Shown here piece after piece: positions 38,466-48,304 of a DNA stretch of 64,000 bases. The stretch's first letter is position 1; each line of letters starts with the position of its first letter. The notes beneath the pieces were generated by a model that did not search any database, had not been told where the DNA came from, and saw only the letters and a list, made by a program, of their open reading frames with translations. Both the position numbers and the translations under genes were made by a program. Source of the stretch: Sedimentisphaerales bacterium. GTDB taxonomy: Bacteria; Planctomycetota; Phycisphaerae; Sedimentisphaerales; Anaerobacaceae. The stretch lies in assembly GCA_963708075.1 (NCBI GenBank), contig OY970194.1, forward strand, positions 4,768,001 to 4,832,000, in the 5' to 3' direction.

Positions 38466-39857
38466 TTAGACCTTCATTTCCATCGGTCCCCAACCCTTGC
38501 GGGGCTCGCGCCAGGCCAGATCGTTGATCTCCGGATCGCTGACGATCTTCCCGGCTTCGTCCAGCTCGAGCTTCTTTCCCGCGCGGGCGCAGAGGTTGCC
38601 GAGCTGGATGTTGGCGGCCATGGGACCCGAGTAGCCCCAGTTGGACTGGCTGAACTCCCGCGGCTTCTCGCCCTTGCAGGCCATGATGAACTCTTCGTGA
38701 TGTCCGGGAGAGCGTTCCAGCAGTTGCTTGGGCGTGCCGAACTCTTTGCGCCGCGCCTCCGGGATCAGCATCGGGGTGTTCCAGTAATCTTCCTGGACTA
38801 GCATTTTTCCCTTGGTGCCAATGACCAGGTTTCCCGTTCTCGGCAGTTTGCGCCCGTCGACCTTGAGTTCCTCAGGGACCTCCGGCATGAAGGGCGTTCC
38901 ATCCTCTTTCTTGCCCTCGTACCAGTACGTGGTGAACCCGGGTCGGCCGTCTTTGGCGCGATAGGTGCTCTTGACCACCATCCCGGCCGGCCATTGATCC
39001 TTGACGGGTCCGGTCATGACGATTGGCTCGGCGGTGGCCGCGTAGCCCGGATTCATGATCGCGTAGATTCCGTCGGTCGTATGACAGGCCATATCGCCCA
39101 GCGCCCCGGAGCCGAAATCGACGACGCCGCGCCAGTTGAACGCATGGTAGGGACCGTTTCCCTTGCCGTCCTTGGGACCGACGTAGGGCCGCATCGGCGC
39201 CGCGCCAATCCAAGCCTCCCAGTCCAGGGTTTCGGGGACTGGATCTGACCCTTGCGGGCGGTCGCCACCCTGGGGCCAGATCGGGCGATTCGTCCAAGTG
39301 TGAAACTCTACGATGTCACCAATAGCACCGGCCTTGATGAGTTCGTACGCTTTTCGCCACCCGTCACCGGCATGGCCCTGGTTCCCCTGCTGGGTGACGA
39401 CCTTGGGATTCTTGGCGTAGACGGCCGCCAGCAGTTGTGCCTCGCGAACCGACCAGGTCAGAGGCTTTTCAGTGTAGCAGTGAATGCCCATGGAAGCGGC
39501 CGTCATCGACGGAGCAAAATGGGTGTGATCGGGCACCGCCACGAAGATCACATCCAGTTTCTTGGCGTGGTTTTCGAACACCTTCCGCCAATCGGTGTAC
39601 CCGGCCGCCTGTTCCCAGCCCTGCTTGCCCAGGACGCCATCCCACCGGGTTTTGTCGACCTCCGCGAAGGCGACACACTGAAGGCCGGCCCCGTGGCAGT
39701 AGCCCGTATGGCTCCCCGCCTGTCCGCCGGCGCCGATAAATCCCACCTGGAGCTTTTCATTGAGTCCCTGGGCCCGGATGAGGCTCGGGAAGCCGATGCA
39801 TGCAGTCCCAGCGGCGACGCTGCCTTTGATGAACTGACGACGTGTGATGTTCGACAT
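38466..39857 (-). CDS. Tat-exported Gfo/Idh/MocA oxidoreductase (paralog 8)
   Basis: TRRQFI; GAGGQA, YTEKP, WRGVVDFGSGALGDMACH. Confidence 0.92.
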   Translation of the reverse strand: MSNITRRQFIKGSVAAGTACIGFPSLIRAQGLNEKLQVGFIGAGGQAGSHTGYCHGAGLQCVAFAEVDKTRWDGVLGKQGWEQAAGYTDWRKVFENHAKKLDVIFVAVPDHTHFAPSMTAASMGIHCYTEKPLTWSVREAQLLAAVYAKNPKVVTQQGNQGHAGDGWRKAYELIKAGAIGDIVEFHTWTNRPIWPQGGDRPQGSDPVPETLDWEAWIGAAPMRPYVGPKDGKGNGPYHAFNWRGVVDFGSGALGDMACHTTDGIYAIMNPGYAATAEPIVMTGPVKDQWPAGMVVKSTYRAKDGRPGFTTYWYEGKKEDGTPFMPEVPEELKVDGRKLPRTGNLVIGTKGKMLVQEDYWNTPMLIPEARRKEFGTPKQLLERSPGHHEEFIMACKGEKPREFSQSNWGYSGPMAANIQLGNLCARAGKKLELDEAGKIVSDPEINDLAWREPRKGWGPMEMKV

Positions 39858-39900
39858 GAGCTTGGCTCCTTAACTTTTGGTGAATGAAAGTGTCTTCCTA

Positions 39901-40154
39901 TTGGAGTTCTGCAAAATGGAAATTGGGCTTACTTGGGGAAGGAAAAATACGTCTTTCATTTTTCCTTCTCCAACAACGGACGCCCATGGTGCATGGTACG
40001 CACCCTGCGAAGTGACGGCAGATTGCCTTGCTACACGCGGCAAAACCGACCCGCGCGGGCTGCGCAACACGCACGAACCACTTGTCGACTCAAGGAAATC
40101 CAAAAGCTGATTTCCTTGAATAATAAGCCCAACTTCCATTTTGCAGAACTCCAC
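39901..40154. mobile_element. MITE-like non-autonomous element (254 bp)
   Basis: About 30-bp TIRs (tggagttctgcaaaatggaa[a/g]ttgggctta), flanked by ttccta direct repeats at 39895-39900 and 40155-40160. Confidence 0.75.
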
Positions 40155-40157
40155 TTC

Positions 40158-41543
40158 CTAGAGCGACCATCCCTCGCGGAACTTCGGTCGAACGTAGGTA
40201 TTCGCTTGCTCATCGTTGGTGACCTTCATGTTCTCACCATCCCAGAGCAGCACCTTGTCCGGATTGAGAACGGCCAGGTTGCCCATGACGACCGTCTCGG
40301 TGAACGGGCCGGAATAGTCGAAATTGGAGCTGGCGGCCGGTCCGCCCTTGCAGGCGTTGATCCAGTCCTTCTCGTGACCGTCCGGACCGCCCTCGACGCG
40401 GCGAATCGTCTTCGACGGTCTCTTGTACTCTTTCATCTTGCTCTCGGGAAAGATGCGGGCGTTCTCGCTGTACGTGCCGCACATGAGCTTGCCCTTGTCC
40501 CCGACGAAGATCGTGCCGCTTTCCGGAATCTTGCGTCCCGGCTCGAGATCATCCGGCCGCTGCGGCAGGATGCCCCCGTCGTACCAATGCAGCTTCACAG
40601 GCGGCATGTTCCCGCGGGCGGGGAACTGATAATGGACCACCTCGGCCGAAGGGTACGTTTCCTTGTTGTCAAAGCGCGTCCACATCTCCTTGACTTCCCA
40701 GGAGTGGCTGGCCTCGACGCTCACGGGGTACTTCAGCTTCAGCGCCCAGAACGCCGCGTCCATCACGTGGCATCCCATGTCGCCCAGGGCGCCGGCGCCG
40801 AAGTCGATCCATGCACGCCAGTTGAACGGCAGGTACACCGGATTGTACGGCCGCATCGGCGACGGGCCAATCCAGAGATCCCAGTCCAGCGTCTCCGGCA
40901 CAGGGGGCGTGTCTTTGGGTCGGTCGATTCCCTGCGGCCACACCGGACGATTCGTCCAGCAGTGCACTTCGCGCACGTCCCCGATCGCGCCGTCCTGGAT
41001 CCATTCGCAGACCAGCCGGACTTCCTCGCTGGAATGGCCCTGGTTGCCCATCTGGGTCTGCACCTTGTACTTGCGCGCCGCCTCGGTCAGCATGCGAGCC
41101 TCCCACACGCTGCGGGTCAGCGGCTTCTGGACGTAGACGTGCTTGCCCCGCTGCATGGCGGCCATCGCGACGACGGCATGCACGTGGTCCGGCGTGGCGA
41201 CGACCACCGCGTCGATGTCTTTCTGCTCGTCGAGCATCTTGCGGAAGTCCGTCCACTGGCGGGCGTTCGGATATCTCTTGAAGACCTCGGCCGAGTACTT
41301 GGTGTCCACGTCGCACAAGGCCACGATGTTGGCGCCCGCCTCGGCACACTTGGCGACGTTATTCTGGCCCATGCCGCCGATCCCGACGCCGGCGATGTTC
41401 AACTTCTCGCTCGGCGGCTTGTTGCCCTGGCCGCCCAGGACGTGCCGGGGCACGATGGTAAATGCCGCGGCCGCTGCGGCGGCACCCATAAACTGGCGAC
41501 GAGAAAGCCTCTCGTCTCTTCTGGTGTTTGCCCTATTCTCCAT
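40158..41543 (-). CDS. Tat-exported Gfo/Idh/MocA oxidoreductase (paralog 9)
   Basis: [35 protein letters not shown]. Confidence 0.92.
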   Translation of the reverse strand: MENRANTRRDERLSRRQFMGAAAAAAAFTIVPRHVLGGQGNKPPSEKLNIAGVGIGGMGQNNVAKCAEAGANIVALCDVDTKYSAEVFKRYPNARQWTDFRKMLDEQKDIDAVVVATPDHVHAVVAMAAMQRGKHVYVQKPLTRSVWEARMLTEAARKYKVQTQMGNQGHSSEEVRLVCEWIQDGAIGDVREVHCWTNRPVWPQGIDRPKDTPPVPETLDWDLWIGPSPMRPYNPVYLPFNWRAWIDFGAGALGDMGCHVMDAAFWALKLKYPVSVEASHSWEVKEMWTRFDNKETYPSAEVVHYQFPARGNMPPVKLHWYDGGILPQRPDDLEPGRKIPESGTIFVGDKGKLMCGTYSENARIFPESKMKEYKRPSKTIRRVEGGPDGHEKDWINACKGGPAASSNFDYSGPFTETVVMGNLAVLNPDKVLLWDGENMKVTNDEQANTYVRPKFREGWSL

Positions 41544-41620
41544 GTCTATTGTCCTCAAAAACAACCGTTGATATGTGCTGCCGATTCAAGCGGCCTCGGA
41601 CTCACATGCCGCACTTGCAC

Positions 41621-43507
41621 TCATTGGGGCTCGGATTTCAGGCCTTCGAGCTTACCGCCGTCGGGGCTTCGGAAGCGCACGCACAGGGACCACTGGCCGC
41701 CGCCCTGCGTCAGCTTCACCAGCAGTGGATTCCAGCCTTCTTTCAGTGTCACCGGTGCCTTATCTTGTCCGCATTCAGCCGGCCGGATCACGTTATTGGC
41801 GTGCACGATCTGGCCGTTGAGCCAGACCTTGACGCCGTCGTCGCTGCCGAGCTCGAGCTGCGCCTTCTGCTCCTTCGGCGACCAGACCCGCGCCCGCAGA
41901 TAGGCGATGCGGTTCTCGCCATTTATGGCCGCGTCCTTTTCCAGCTCGATGAGCCAGGGCTGCCCTTCGTTGGTGCCGGCGGAGACGAGCCGCCACGTGG
42001 CCTGCTGGCCCTCCTGCTCGGGAGCAAACGAAACGTCGAAGAGCCCCTGCGCATCCACATTTTCCTTCATGTACGGGCCGCTCACCTGCCAGGCGACGAC
42101 GTAGTCCTCGAAGCGATCAGCCTGCTTGATCATCTGCTGTGCCTGTTCGCGGAGAGCATCGTTCTTCGTGCCCTGGATCACTTTCTGGAGCACTTCCTTC
42201 GTGCGCTGCGGATCGCTTCCGGCAGTCGCCTTGGCGATCTGGACGGCAGCCGATTCCGCCTCCAGGTGCAGCGTCACGTCATCGAGATATTGAGCGGCCA
42301 TGTTCAAGGCCGCGATGGACGTGGCCGCGGCCAAGCCGGAGAGCACCCGCTTCTTCTCCGCCGCGTCACCCGCCAACTCCATCGCCTGCTTATACAGGTC
42401 GATCGTCTCTTCAGCGGACCGGCTGCTGTCGAGAGCGAGCAACCGCACGAAGCCGCGAAGGGCGAGAACCTTGTGCACTTTGTTTTCAGTGGTCTGCGCG
42501 ACCTTGACCAGATCGGCCACAGGCTCCGGCGTCGGCCAGTCGGAAAGGGCCCGTATCGCCGCGTCCTGGATCTCCGGCTCGCGGTTTGTCAGAGCAGCAC
42601 GCAAAGTCGGCAGCGAGCTGCTGTCGCCGATGCGCCCGAGCGTGCCAAGCAGCGACGCCCGGCCGGCGGTTTCCTTCACATTCGGAAGCACCGCCAGGAC
42701 CGCCGTCGCCTGCCGGTTCTTGTCCTCGATCTTGTGCGCGACAGCCGCGACCATCTTCTCCGCCTCGCTGCGGTCGGCATCGCTCTTGGCCTCCAGCAGC
42801 AGATTCACCAAGGCCGGCAAGTCGTCCGGCTTGGCGATAATCCGCAACACCTTGAACGATTCCAGCCGGACCTTGCGGTCCTCGTCCGCCGCAGTCGCCA
42901 GCAGCGTCTTGACAGCATCGCCGATGTTGCGCTCGCCGATAGCGCCGATCAACTCCACCTTCACACTGGCCGGGGCCGATGGCAGGACCTGCAGGATTGC
43001 CGCATCGACCTCGGCGCCGCGAAGCCGGTAGAGGCTCTCGCGAGCCGCCTTCTGCTCAGCGCCTCTGCCCGCTGCCGCACGCTCCGCCAGCAGCGGAACG
43101 CTCGCGGCGCTGCCCAACTGGCCAACGGCCTTCAGGGCCGCCACGCGGACGGATTCGTCGGGCGACTTTACCGCCTCGACCACCACCGGCAGAGCCAGCG
43201 CATCGCCACGATCAGCAAGGGCCGAGAGCAGTTGCACCTGGGCGGCCGGAGGCAGCTTGGGCAACACCTGCACCAGGGCCTTGGTGACCTCCGGGCCGGG
43301 GATCTCGCGAACGATGGTGATCGCCCCGGTCTGCATCTCGGGATCGTCGCTCTTGAGCGCATCGATCACTTGGTTGATGATTTCCTGGTTGGCCTCGTCC
43401 CCCGCGACGGCCACGGCAGCCACGCCGGGCACAACCACGGCAAACGCCATTACCAACAGCACACAGTACTTCTTCGATTGCCGAGCCATGTTCAGAATCC
43501 TACTCAT
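41621..43507 (-). CDS. Secreted HEAT/PBS-lyase-repeat protein with C-terminal beta-sandwich domain
   Basis: Signal peptide; repeated VR.AAL.A.G.LG helices; C-terminal LGSDDGVKVWLNG...LKEGWN.LLVK. Confidence 0.8.
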   Translation of the reverse strand: MSRILNMARQSKKYCVLLVMAFAVVVPGVAAVAVAGDEANQEIINQVIDALKSDDPEMQTGAITIVREIPGPEVTKALVQVLPKLPPAAQVQLLSALADRGDALALPVVVEAVKSPDESVRVAALKAVGQLGSAASVPLLAERAAAGRGAEQKAARESLYRLRGAEVDAAILQVLPSAPASVKVELIGAIGERNIGDAVKTLLATAADEDRKVRLESFKVLRIIAKPDDLPALVNLLLEAKSDADRSEAEKMVAAVAHKIEDKNRQATAVLAVLPNVKETAGRASLLGTLGRIGDSSSLPTLRAALTNREPEIQDAAIRALSDWPTPEPVADLVKVAQTTENKVHKVLALRGFVRLLALDSSRSAEETIDLYKQAMELAGDAAEKKRVLSGLAAATSIAALNMAAQYLDDVTLHLEAESAAVQIAKATAGSDPQRTKEVLQKVIQGTKNDALREQAQQMIKQADRFEDYVVAWQVSGPYMKENVDAQGLFDVSFAPEQEGQQATWRLVSAGTNEGQPWLIELEKDAAINGENRIAYLRARVWSPKEQKAQLELGSDDGVKVWLNGQIVHANNVIRPAECGQDKAPVTLKEGWNPLLVKLTQGGGQWSLCVRFRSPDGGKLEGLKSEPQ

Positions 43508-43530
43508 GTGCGTTCTACCTGTACGGCGCC

Positions 43531-43601
43531 GGGTGCCATGCTTACGCTCGCGTAAGCATGCTGCCCATGAGCATGTCTACGCAAGCGCAGACATGGCACC
43601 C
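43531..43601. repeat. Family B palindromic element
   Basis: gggtgccatgcttacgctcgcgtaagcatg...catgtctacgcaagcgcagacatggcaccc. Confidence 0.88.
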
Positions 43602-43634
43602 GTGATGCGACCTGTGTCCTTTGTTCTTCCGTGA

Positions 43635-45272
43635 CTACTTCTTGCCGGCGGCGCCGACCATGCCCTTCAAGGCAGCCGTGCGGACCAGCTGAGGCACGCC
43701 CTGCTTGTTCAGGCTCAGGTAGATCTTCTGCGCCTCAGCCTTATTACCCGCGGCGACCATCTTCTCGGCGATCTTCAGGTACGCATCGTACACGGGCATC
43801 TTCTGGTTGTCGGGAGCACTCGCCAGAGCCTTATCCAGCGCCTTGAGGGCGTCCGGTCCACCGATCTTGCCCAGCGCGCTGACGGCAGCGCCGGCCAGCA
43901 CCTTGTCCGAGTTGTCCACGAGCTTGGCGATCTCGGCGGCAGCAGGCTTGTAGCCGCGCTCGCCCAGGCTGTTGACGATCCCGACCTTGGCCTTGCCCTC
44001 AGCCTTGGAAAGGGTGGCAAGCAGCGCCTTGTCCACCGCCTCGCCCGGAATGCGCTCCAGAGCGTAACGGGCCATGTCCGAGTATTCCTGGTTGGTCAGC
44101 ACGGGCGCCAGCACAGGCACCGACTGCTCCGTGCCGATGATGCTCAGCTCGCGGCAGGCATACTGCTTGCCGGCGTACTTGGCATCCGACTTGACGACGT
44201 CCAGCAGTTGCCCCTCGAACTTCTTCAGTTCCTCGGGCTTGCCGTAAGCCTTGCGGATCTCATCGCTGATCTCGGTCAAAGGCTGTCGGCTGTCGCCGAA
44301 ATCGTAAGCCTTGAGTTTGTCCCAATTGCCCCCTGCCGTCTGTGGTTGCGCCATATTCTGCTCCTTTGCTGATCCTTTTGGTTTCGTCGGCACCGGAAAA
44401 TCGCCCATGGCAAACTGAATGCCACGCAGATAGTGCTCGAGAATGGGTGTGTTCATGAAGATTTCATCATTATGGCCCAGCGAGCAATAGAACAGCCGGC
44501 CCTTGCCCCAGTCCTTGATCCAGGTGATGCCCGTGTCTTTGTCGCTCTCGATGACGCCCTTCATGTCGCGGGTCGCCGGGTCGCTCATGTCCAGACTCAT
44601 CAGGACAAACTGCTTGTCGCGAGAGTAGAGCGGCGGGGCTGTGCGGTAGATCTCGTCCTTGACCTTGAACCCTTGGCCCTTGAACGGCGCAGTCAACGGA
44701 TGATCGGGCTCGTCGATCTTGATCGCCACCGTGCTGCCGGCGCCCCAGGGATGGGCGGTGAACTTGTTGCCCATCATCTCCTGGGCCTCGGGGAACTGGT
44801 AAAAGTTGTCGGCGGCGGCGTGAATACCGACGATGCCTTTGCCGCTCTTGATGAAGTCCATCAGGGCCGCACAGCGCTCCGGCGTCTCCTTCGGATCGAA
44901 CTTCAGGCTCGTCGTGTTGTTCAGGCAGATCACGTCGAACTGCTTGAGCGTATCAGCCGTGAAGACAGCGTAATCGTCTGTGACCGCCGTCACTTGGAAC
45001 GCTCCGGTCTTCTCGCCCATGATCTTCAGGGCCTCGTTCGCCACAGGGATCACGGTATGGAAGAACGTCTCACATCGCCAGAACACGAGCATCTTGCGAG
45101 GCTGCGCCGGCTTTGCCACGGCCTTGTCCGGCATGGCTGCCTTGATTTTGTTGATCTCGTCTTCCGTTACCTTGCGCAGCTCTTTCGGCGACTCCGCCCA
45201 CAACGGCATAGCCACCAGCGACAGACAAAAGCCCGCAAGTAGCACCGCGGCCATCATTCTCGACCTGATCAT
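43635..45272 (-). CDS. Secreted ThuA-like domain fused to HEAT repeats
   Basis: FFH..IP, FD...LNNTT, GKGIVGIHAA, HPW, DEIY, WGKGRLFY.SLGH, then helical repeats. Confidence 0.85.
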   Translation of the reverse strand: MIRSRMMAAVLLAGFCLSLVAMPLWAESPKELRKVTEDEINKIKAAMPDKAVAKPAQPRKMLVFWRCETFFHTVIPVANEALKIMGEKTGAFQVTAVTDDYAVFTADTLKQFDVICLNNTTSLKFDPKETPERCAALMDFIKSGKGIVGIHAAADNFYQFPEAQEMMGNKFTAHPWGAGSTVAIKIDEPDHPLTAPFKGQGFKVKDEIYRTAPPLYSRDKQFVLMSLDMSDPATRDMKGVIESDKDTGITWIKDWGKGRLFYCSLGHNDEIFMNTPILEHYLRGIQFAMGDFPVPTKPKGSAKEQNMAQPQTAGGNWDKLKAYDFGDSRQPLTEISDEIRKAYGKPEELKKFEGQLLDVVKSDAKYAGKQYACRELSIIGTEQSVPVLAPVLTNQEYSDMARYALERIPGEAVDKALLATLSKAEGKAKVGIVNSLGERGYKPAAAEIAKLVDNSDKVLAGAAVSALGKIGGPDALKALDKALASAPDNQKMPVYDAYLKIAEKMVAAGNKAEAQKIYLSLNKQGVPQLVRTAALKGMVGAAGKK

Positions 45273-45299
45273 GTTAGCTCCTTTCTCCTGATTCAAAAC

Positions 45300-45390
45300 A
45301 AGTTTGAAGTTTGATGTTTGATGTTTGAAGTCGGAACGACCGAGTCCTTGCACTTCACACTTCAAACTTCCCACTTCACACCTCAAACTT
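45300..45390. repeat. Inverted pair of 7-mer tandem repeats
   Basis: agtttga-agtttga-tgtttga-tgtttga ... acttcac-acttcaa-acttccc-acttcac-acctcaa. Confidence 0.8.
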
Positions 45391-45391
45391 C

Positions 45392-46693
45392 CTACAGATG
45401 CCACGGGGCCCGCATCGGCCTGGACAGCAGGCGGTTGGCCTCGGGATCGTTCACGAATTCTTCCTTCACAGGGTCCCAGCGGACCTTGCGCTCCAGCAGC
45501 ATGGCGATCTCGCCGAGCAGGCCGACGCTGATCGAGCGGCACGCCACCTCGATGGGCGTGATCGTCTTCTTGCGAGACTTCACGCAATCGAGGAAGTTCT
45601 GATGGTGGTCGCGGCTCTCATACAGCCGGTTCTCGTTCGGACCGATGGTCTCGTTCCACAAGCTCGCCGGCTCGGTGGTCTGGCGGCCGCGATCGACGTG
45701 GACCCAGCCCTTTTCGCCATACCAGACTGTCCCCATGCCCTTGGGCACCTGCTTATCGTTGGCGACGACCATCTCCAGCCCGTCGGCGTACTTGCAGGTG
45801 AATTTGTACTCGGTCGGGACGTTGAAGATACCGTCCTTCGGATAAACCCCTTTGCCCTCGATCTCGACCGGGCCGGTGTCGTCGAACCCCAGGCCCCAGT
45901 GGGCGATGTCGATGTGGTGGCCCGCCCAGTCGGTCAATTGGCCGCCGGAGTAGTCCATGATCCAGCGCCAATCCCAGTGATAGACGCCTCGGAATGGAAC
46001 CCACGGCGCCGGCCCCAGCCAGAAATCCCAGTCCAGATTCGCCGGCACCGGCACCACGGGCTTATTGTCGCTGCCGCCGCCGGTGGGCAGACCCACCTCG
46101 ACACGAGTGACCTTCCCGATCCGCCCGTTGCGGACCAGCTCGGCGCCGTGACGGAAATTCTCGACGGAGCGCTGCCAGCTCCCGGTCTGCCAGATCCGGC
46201 CGTAGCGGTTCACGGTGTCGCGCATCACCTTGGCCTCATGAATCGTGCGGGCCAGGGGTTTCTCGCCGTACATGTCCTTGCCCGCCTGGGCCGCCATCAC
46301 CACGGGAATCGAGTGCCAGTGGTCCGGCGTCGCCAGCGATATCGCGTCGATATCGGCCCGGGCGATGAGCTCGCGGAAATCGCGATAGATCACACAATCC
46401 GCGTTGCCGTACTTCTTGTCCACGATGCCCTTGGCGCGGTCGGCGTTGCGTTTGTCCACGTCGGAGATGGCCACGACCCGGACTTGATCGCCCTTGCCGA
46501 GGAAGCCCTGCATGTTGCCCGTGCCCTGGCCTCCGACGCCGATGCAGCCGATCGTGATTCGCTCACTGGCCGCGACACCCCCGTTCGCTCCGAGCGCCGA
46601 GGAGCTGATGATGTACGGGAAGCCCGCGATACCCGCGGACACGCCCGCGACATTCCCCAGGAATCGGCGGCGCGACATGGTTCTATCTGTCAT
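45392..46693 (-). CDS. Tat-exported Gfo/Idh/MocA oxidoreductase (paralog 10)
   Basis: SRRRFL; GVGGQG, TPDHWH, GEKP, QTGSWQRS, DYSGGQLTDW.GHH. Confidence 0.92.
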   Translation of the reverse strand: MTDRTMSRRRFLGNVAGVSAGIAGFPYIISSSALGANGGVAASERITIGCIGVGGQGTGNMQGFLGKGDQVRVVAISDVDKRNADRAKGIVDKKYGNADCVIYRDFRELIARADIDAISLATPDHWHSIPVVMAAQAGKDMYGEKPLARTIHEAKVMRDTVNRYGRIWQTGSWQRSVENFRHGAELVRNGRIGKVTRVEVGLPTGGGSDNKPVVPVPANLDWDFWLGPAPWVPFRGVYHWDWRWIMDYSGGQLTDWAGHHIDIAHWGLGFDDTGPVEIEGKGVYPKDGIFNVPTEYKFTCKYADGLEMVVANDKQVPKGMGTVWYGEKGWVHVDRGRQTTEPASLWNETIGPNENRLYESRDHHQNFLDCVKSRKKTITPIEVACRSISVGLLGEIAMLLERKVRWDPVKEEFVNDPEANRLLSRPMRAPWHL

Positions 46694-46722
46694 TTGCCGT
46701 TCTCCTCATTCAAGATGAACTG

Positions 46723-46813
46723 GCCACAGAGGACACAGAGATCACAGAGGCATTCTTGATTCACTATCAGATGTCCTGTTGTCATTCTCTGTATCCTCTG
46801 TGCCCTCTGTGGC
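46723..46813. repeat. Inverted pair of 9-mer tandem repeats
   Basis: gccacagag-gacacagag-atcacagag ... ctctgtatc-ctctgtgcc-ctctgtggc. Confidence 0.8.
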
Positions 46814-46829
46814 AAGAAAGAAATCGTAC

Positions 46830-48116
46830 TTACATGTGCCAGGGGCTGCGCATCGTGCGTGAGAGCAGGCGGTTGGCCTCCTCGTCACCGACGAATACCT
46901 CCCGCTTCGGGTCCCACTTGAGCGGCCGTTGCAGCTTATAGGCGATGTTACCCAGGTGGCACACCGTCACCGAGCTGGCGCCGATCTCAATGTCGCAGAT
47001 CGGCTTGCTGCGCTTGCGGATGGCGTCGAGCCAGTCGGTGTAGTGGTTCTTGCTGTCGTAGAGATGCGTCTGATCAGGCCCTATGACCTGATCTTTCAGG
47101 GTGTCCGGCCAGGTTTTGAGGTGGCCGCGATTGACCTCGACCTTGCCCTTGGTGCCCGCAAACAGGATGCCGTTGGCCTCGTCCCGCGTCATGGGGATTC
47201 CATTGGCGTACTTGTAGGTGAGCACCTTGTAGTCCTTGCCGTCGGGCGGAATGATCTCGACCGGCCCGGTGCCATCCATTCCGAGGCCCCACTGGGCGAT
47301 ATCGAAGTGATGGGCGCCCCAGTCGGTCATGCCGCCGCCGCCATAGTAGCTGTGATACCGCCAGTTCGGAAAGCCATCGAAACTGATGTGCGGCGCCAGG
47401 TCGTTATTGTAGGGTCGCCACATGGCCGGGCCGACCCACATGTCCCAATCGAGATAATCCGGCACGGGCTCCGCAGGCAGCCGCTTATCCTCCGGCGGCC
47501 CGCCCACGCCAACCGTGACGTGCTGGATGTCACCGATGTAGCCATTTCGCACCAGCTCGCAGGCGAAGCGGAACTCCCGCGACGATCTCTGCATACTGCC
47601 CGTCTGAAAGACGCGGTTGTACCGGCGGACCGCGTTGACCATCGCCCGGGCCTCCTGGATCGTCTGCGTCAGCGGCTTCTCGCAATAGATGTCCTTGCCC
47701 GCCTTGCACGCTTCAATAGTCGTCACGGCGTGCCAGTGGTCCGGCGTGGAGATCACCACCGCATCGATATCGTTTCGGGCCAGCAGATCGCGGAAATCAC
47801 CATAAGTCGCACAGCCTTTATAGGACCCGTCATTCTTGTCCGCGTAGTGCTTTTCGACGATGCCCTTGCTGCTGCGTTCGAGCTTGAGCTTATCCACATC
47901 GCACGCCGCCACGACCTGCGTGCCGGGCGAATTCAAGAAGGCTCGCATCAGGTGCTGGCTCTGCTTGCCGCAGGCGATGAACCCAAGGACAATGCGGTTG
48001 CTCGGCGCCTCGGCCCCAAGGACCGATGACGGCACGACATAGGGGAAAGCCGCCACCGCGGCCGTGCCCGCCGCCGCACGCAGAAAGTCACGTCGATTCA
48101 TATTCTTTCGCGCCAT
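46830..48116 (-). CDS. Tat-exported Gfo/Idh/MocA oxidoreductase (paralog 11)
   Basis: NRRDFL; TPDHWH, YCEKP, QTGSMQRS, GGGGMTDWGAHH. Confidence 0.92.
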   Translation of the reverse strand: MARKNMNRRDFLRAAAGTAAVAAFPYVVPSSVLGAEAPSNRIVLGFIACGKQSQHLMRAFLNSPGTQVVAACDVDKLKLERSSKGIVEKHYADKNDGSYKGCATYGDFRDLLARNDIDAVVISTPDHWHAVTTIEACKAGKDIYCEKPLTQTIQEARAMVNAVRRYNRVFQTGSMQRSSREFRFACELVRNGYIGDIQHVTVGVGGPPEDKRLPAEPVPDYLDWDMWVGPAMWRPYNNDLAPHISFDGFPNWRYHSYYGGGGMTDWGAHHFDIAQWGLGMDGTGPVEIIPPDGKDYKVLTYKYANGIPMTRDEANGILFAGTKGKVEVNRGHLKTWPDTLKDQVIGPDQTHLYDSKNHYTDWLDAIRKRSKPICDIEIGASSVTVCHLGNIAYKLQRPLKWDPKREVFVGDEEANRLLSRTMRSPWHM

Positions 48117-48162
48117 TCAACTACCCTCTCGTATCAAGATCAGAGCTGGCGGAGGCATCAAC

Positions 48163-48251
48163 GGGTGGCAGCGTCAAGCGCAGCTTGGCGATGGCTTGGT
48201 CCGGATATGACAGAACCATCGCCAAGGCCTTCGGCCTTGACGCTGCCACCC
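48163..48251. repeat. Family A palindromic element
   Basis: gggtggcagcgtcaagcgcagcttggcgatgg...ccatcgccaaggccttcggccttgacgctgccaccc. Confidence 0.9.
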
Positions 48252-48304
48252 AGATCAGTCGTTGTGTCTCCATATCGCGCCTCACTCAATTATCCTCTCA
48301 GGAT

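Noticed and set aside
29556..41543. Assembly artefact producing tandem duplicates
   Set aside because: The paralogs differ substantially throughout in sequence, indels and signal peptides, so they are genuine divergent genes.
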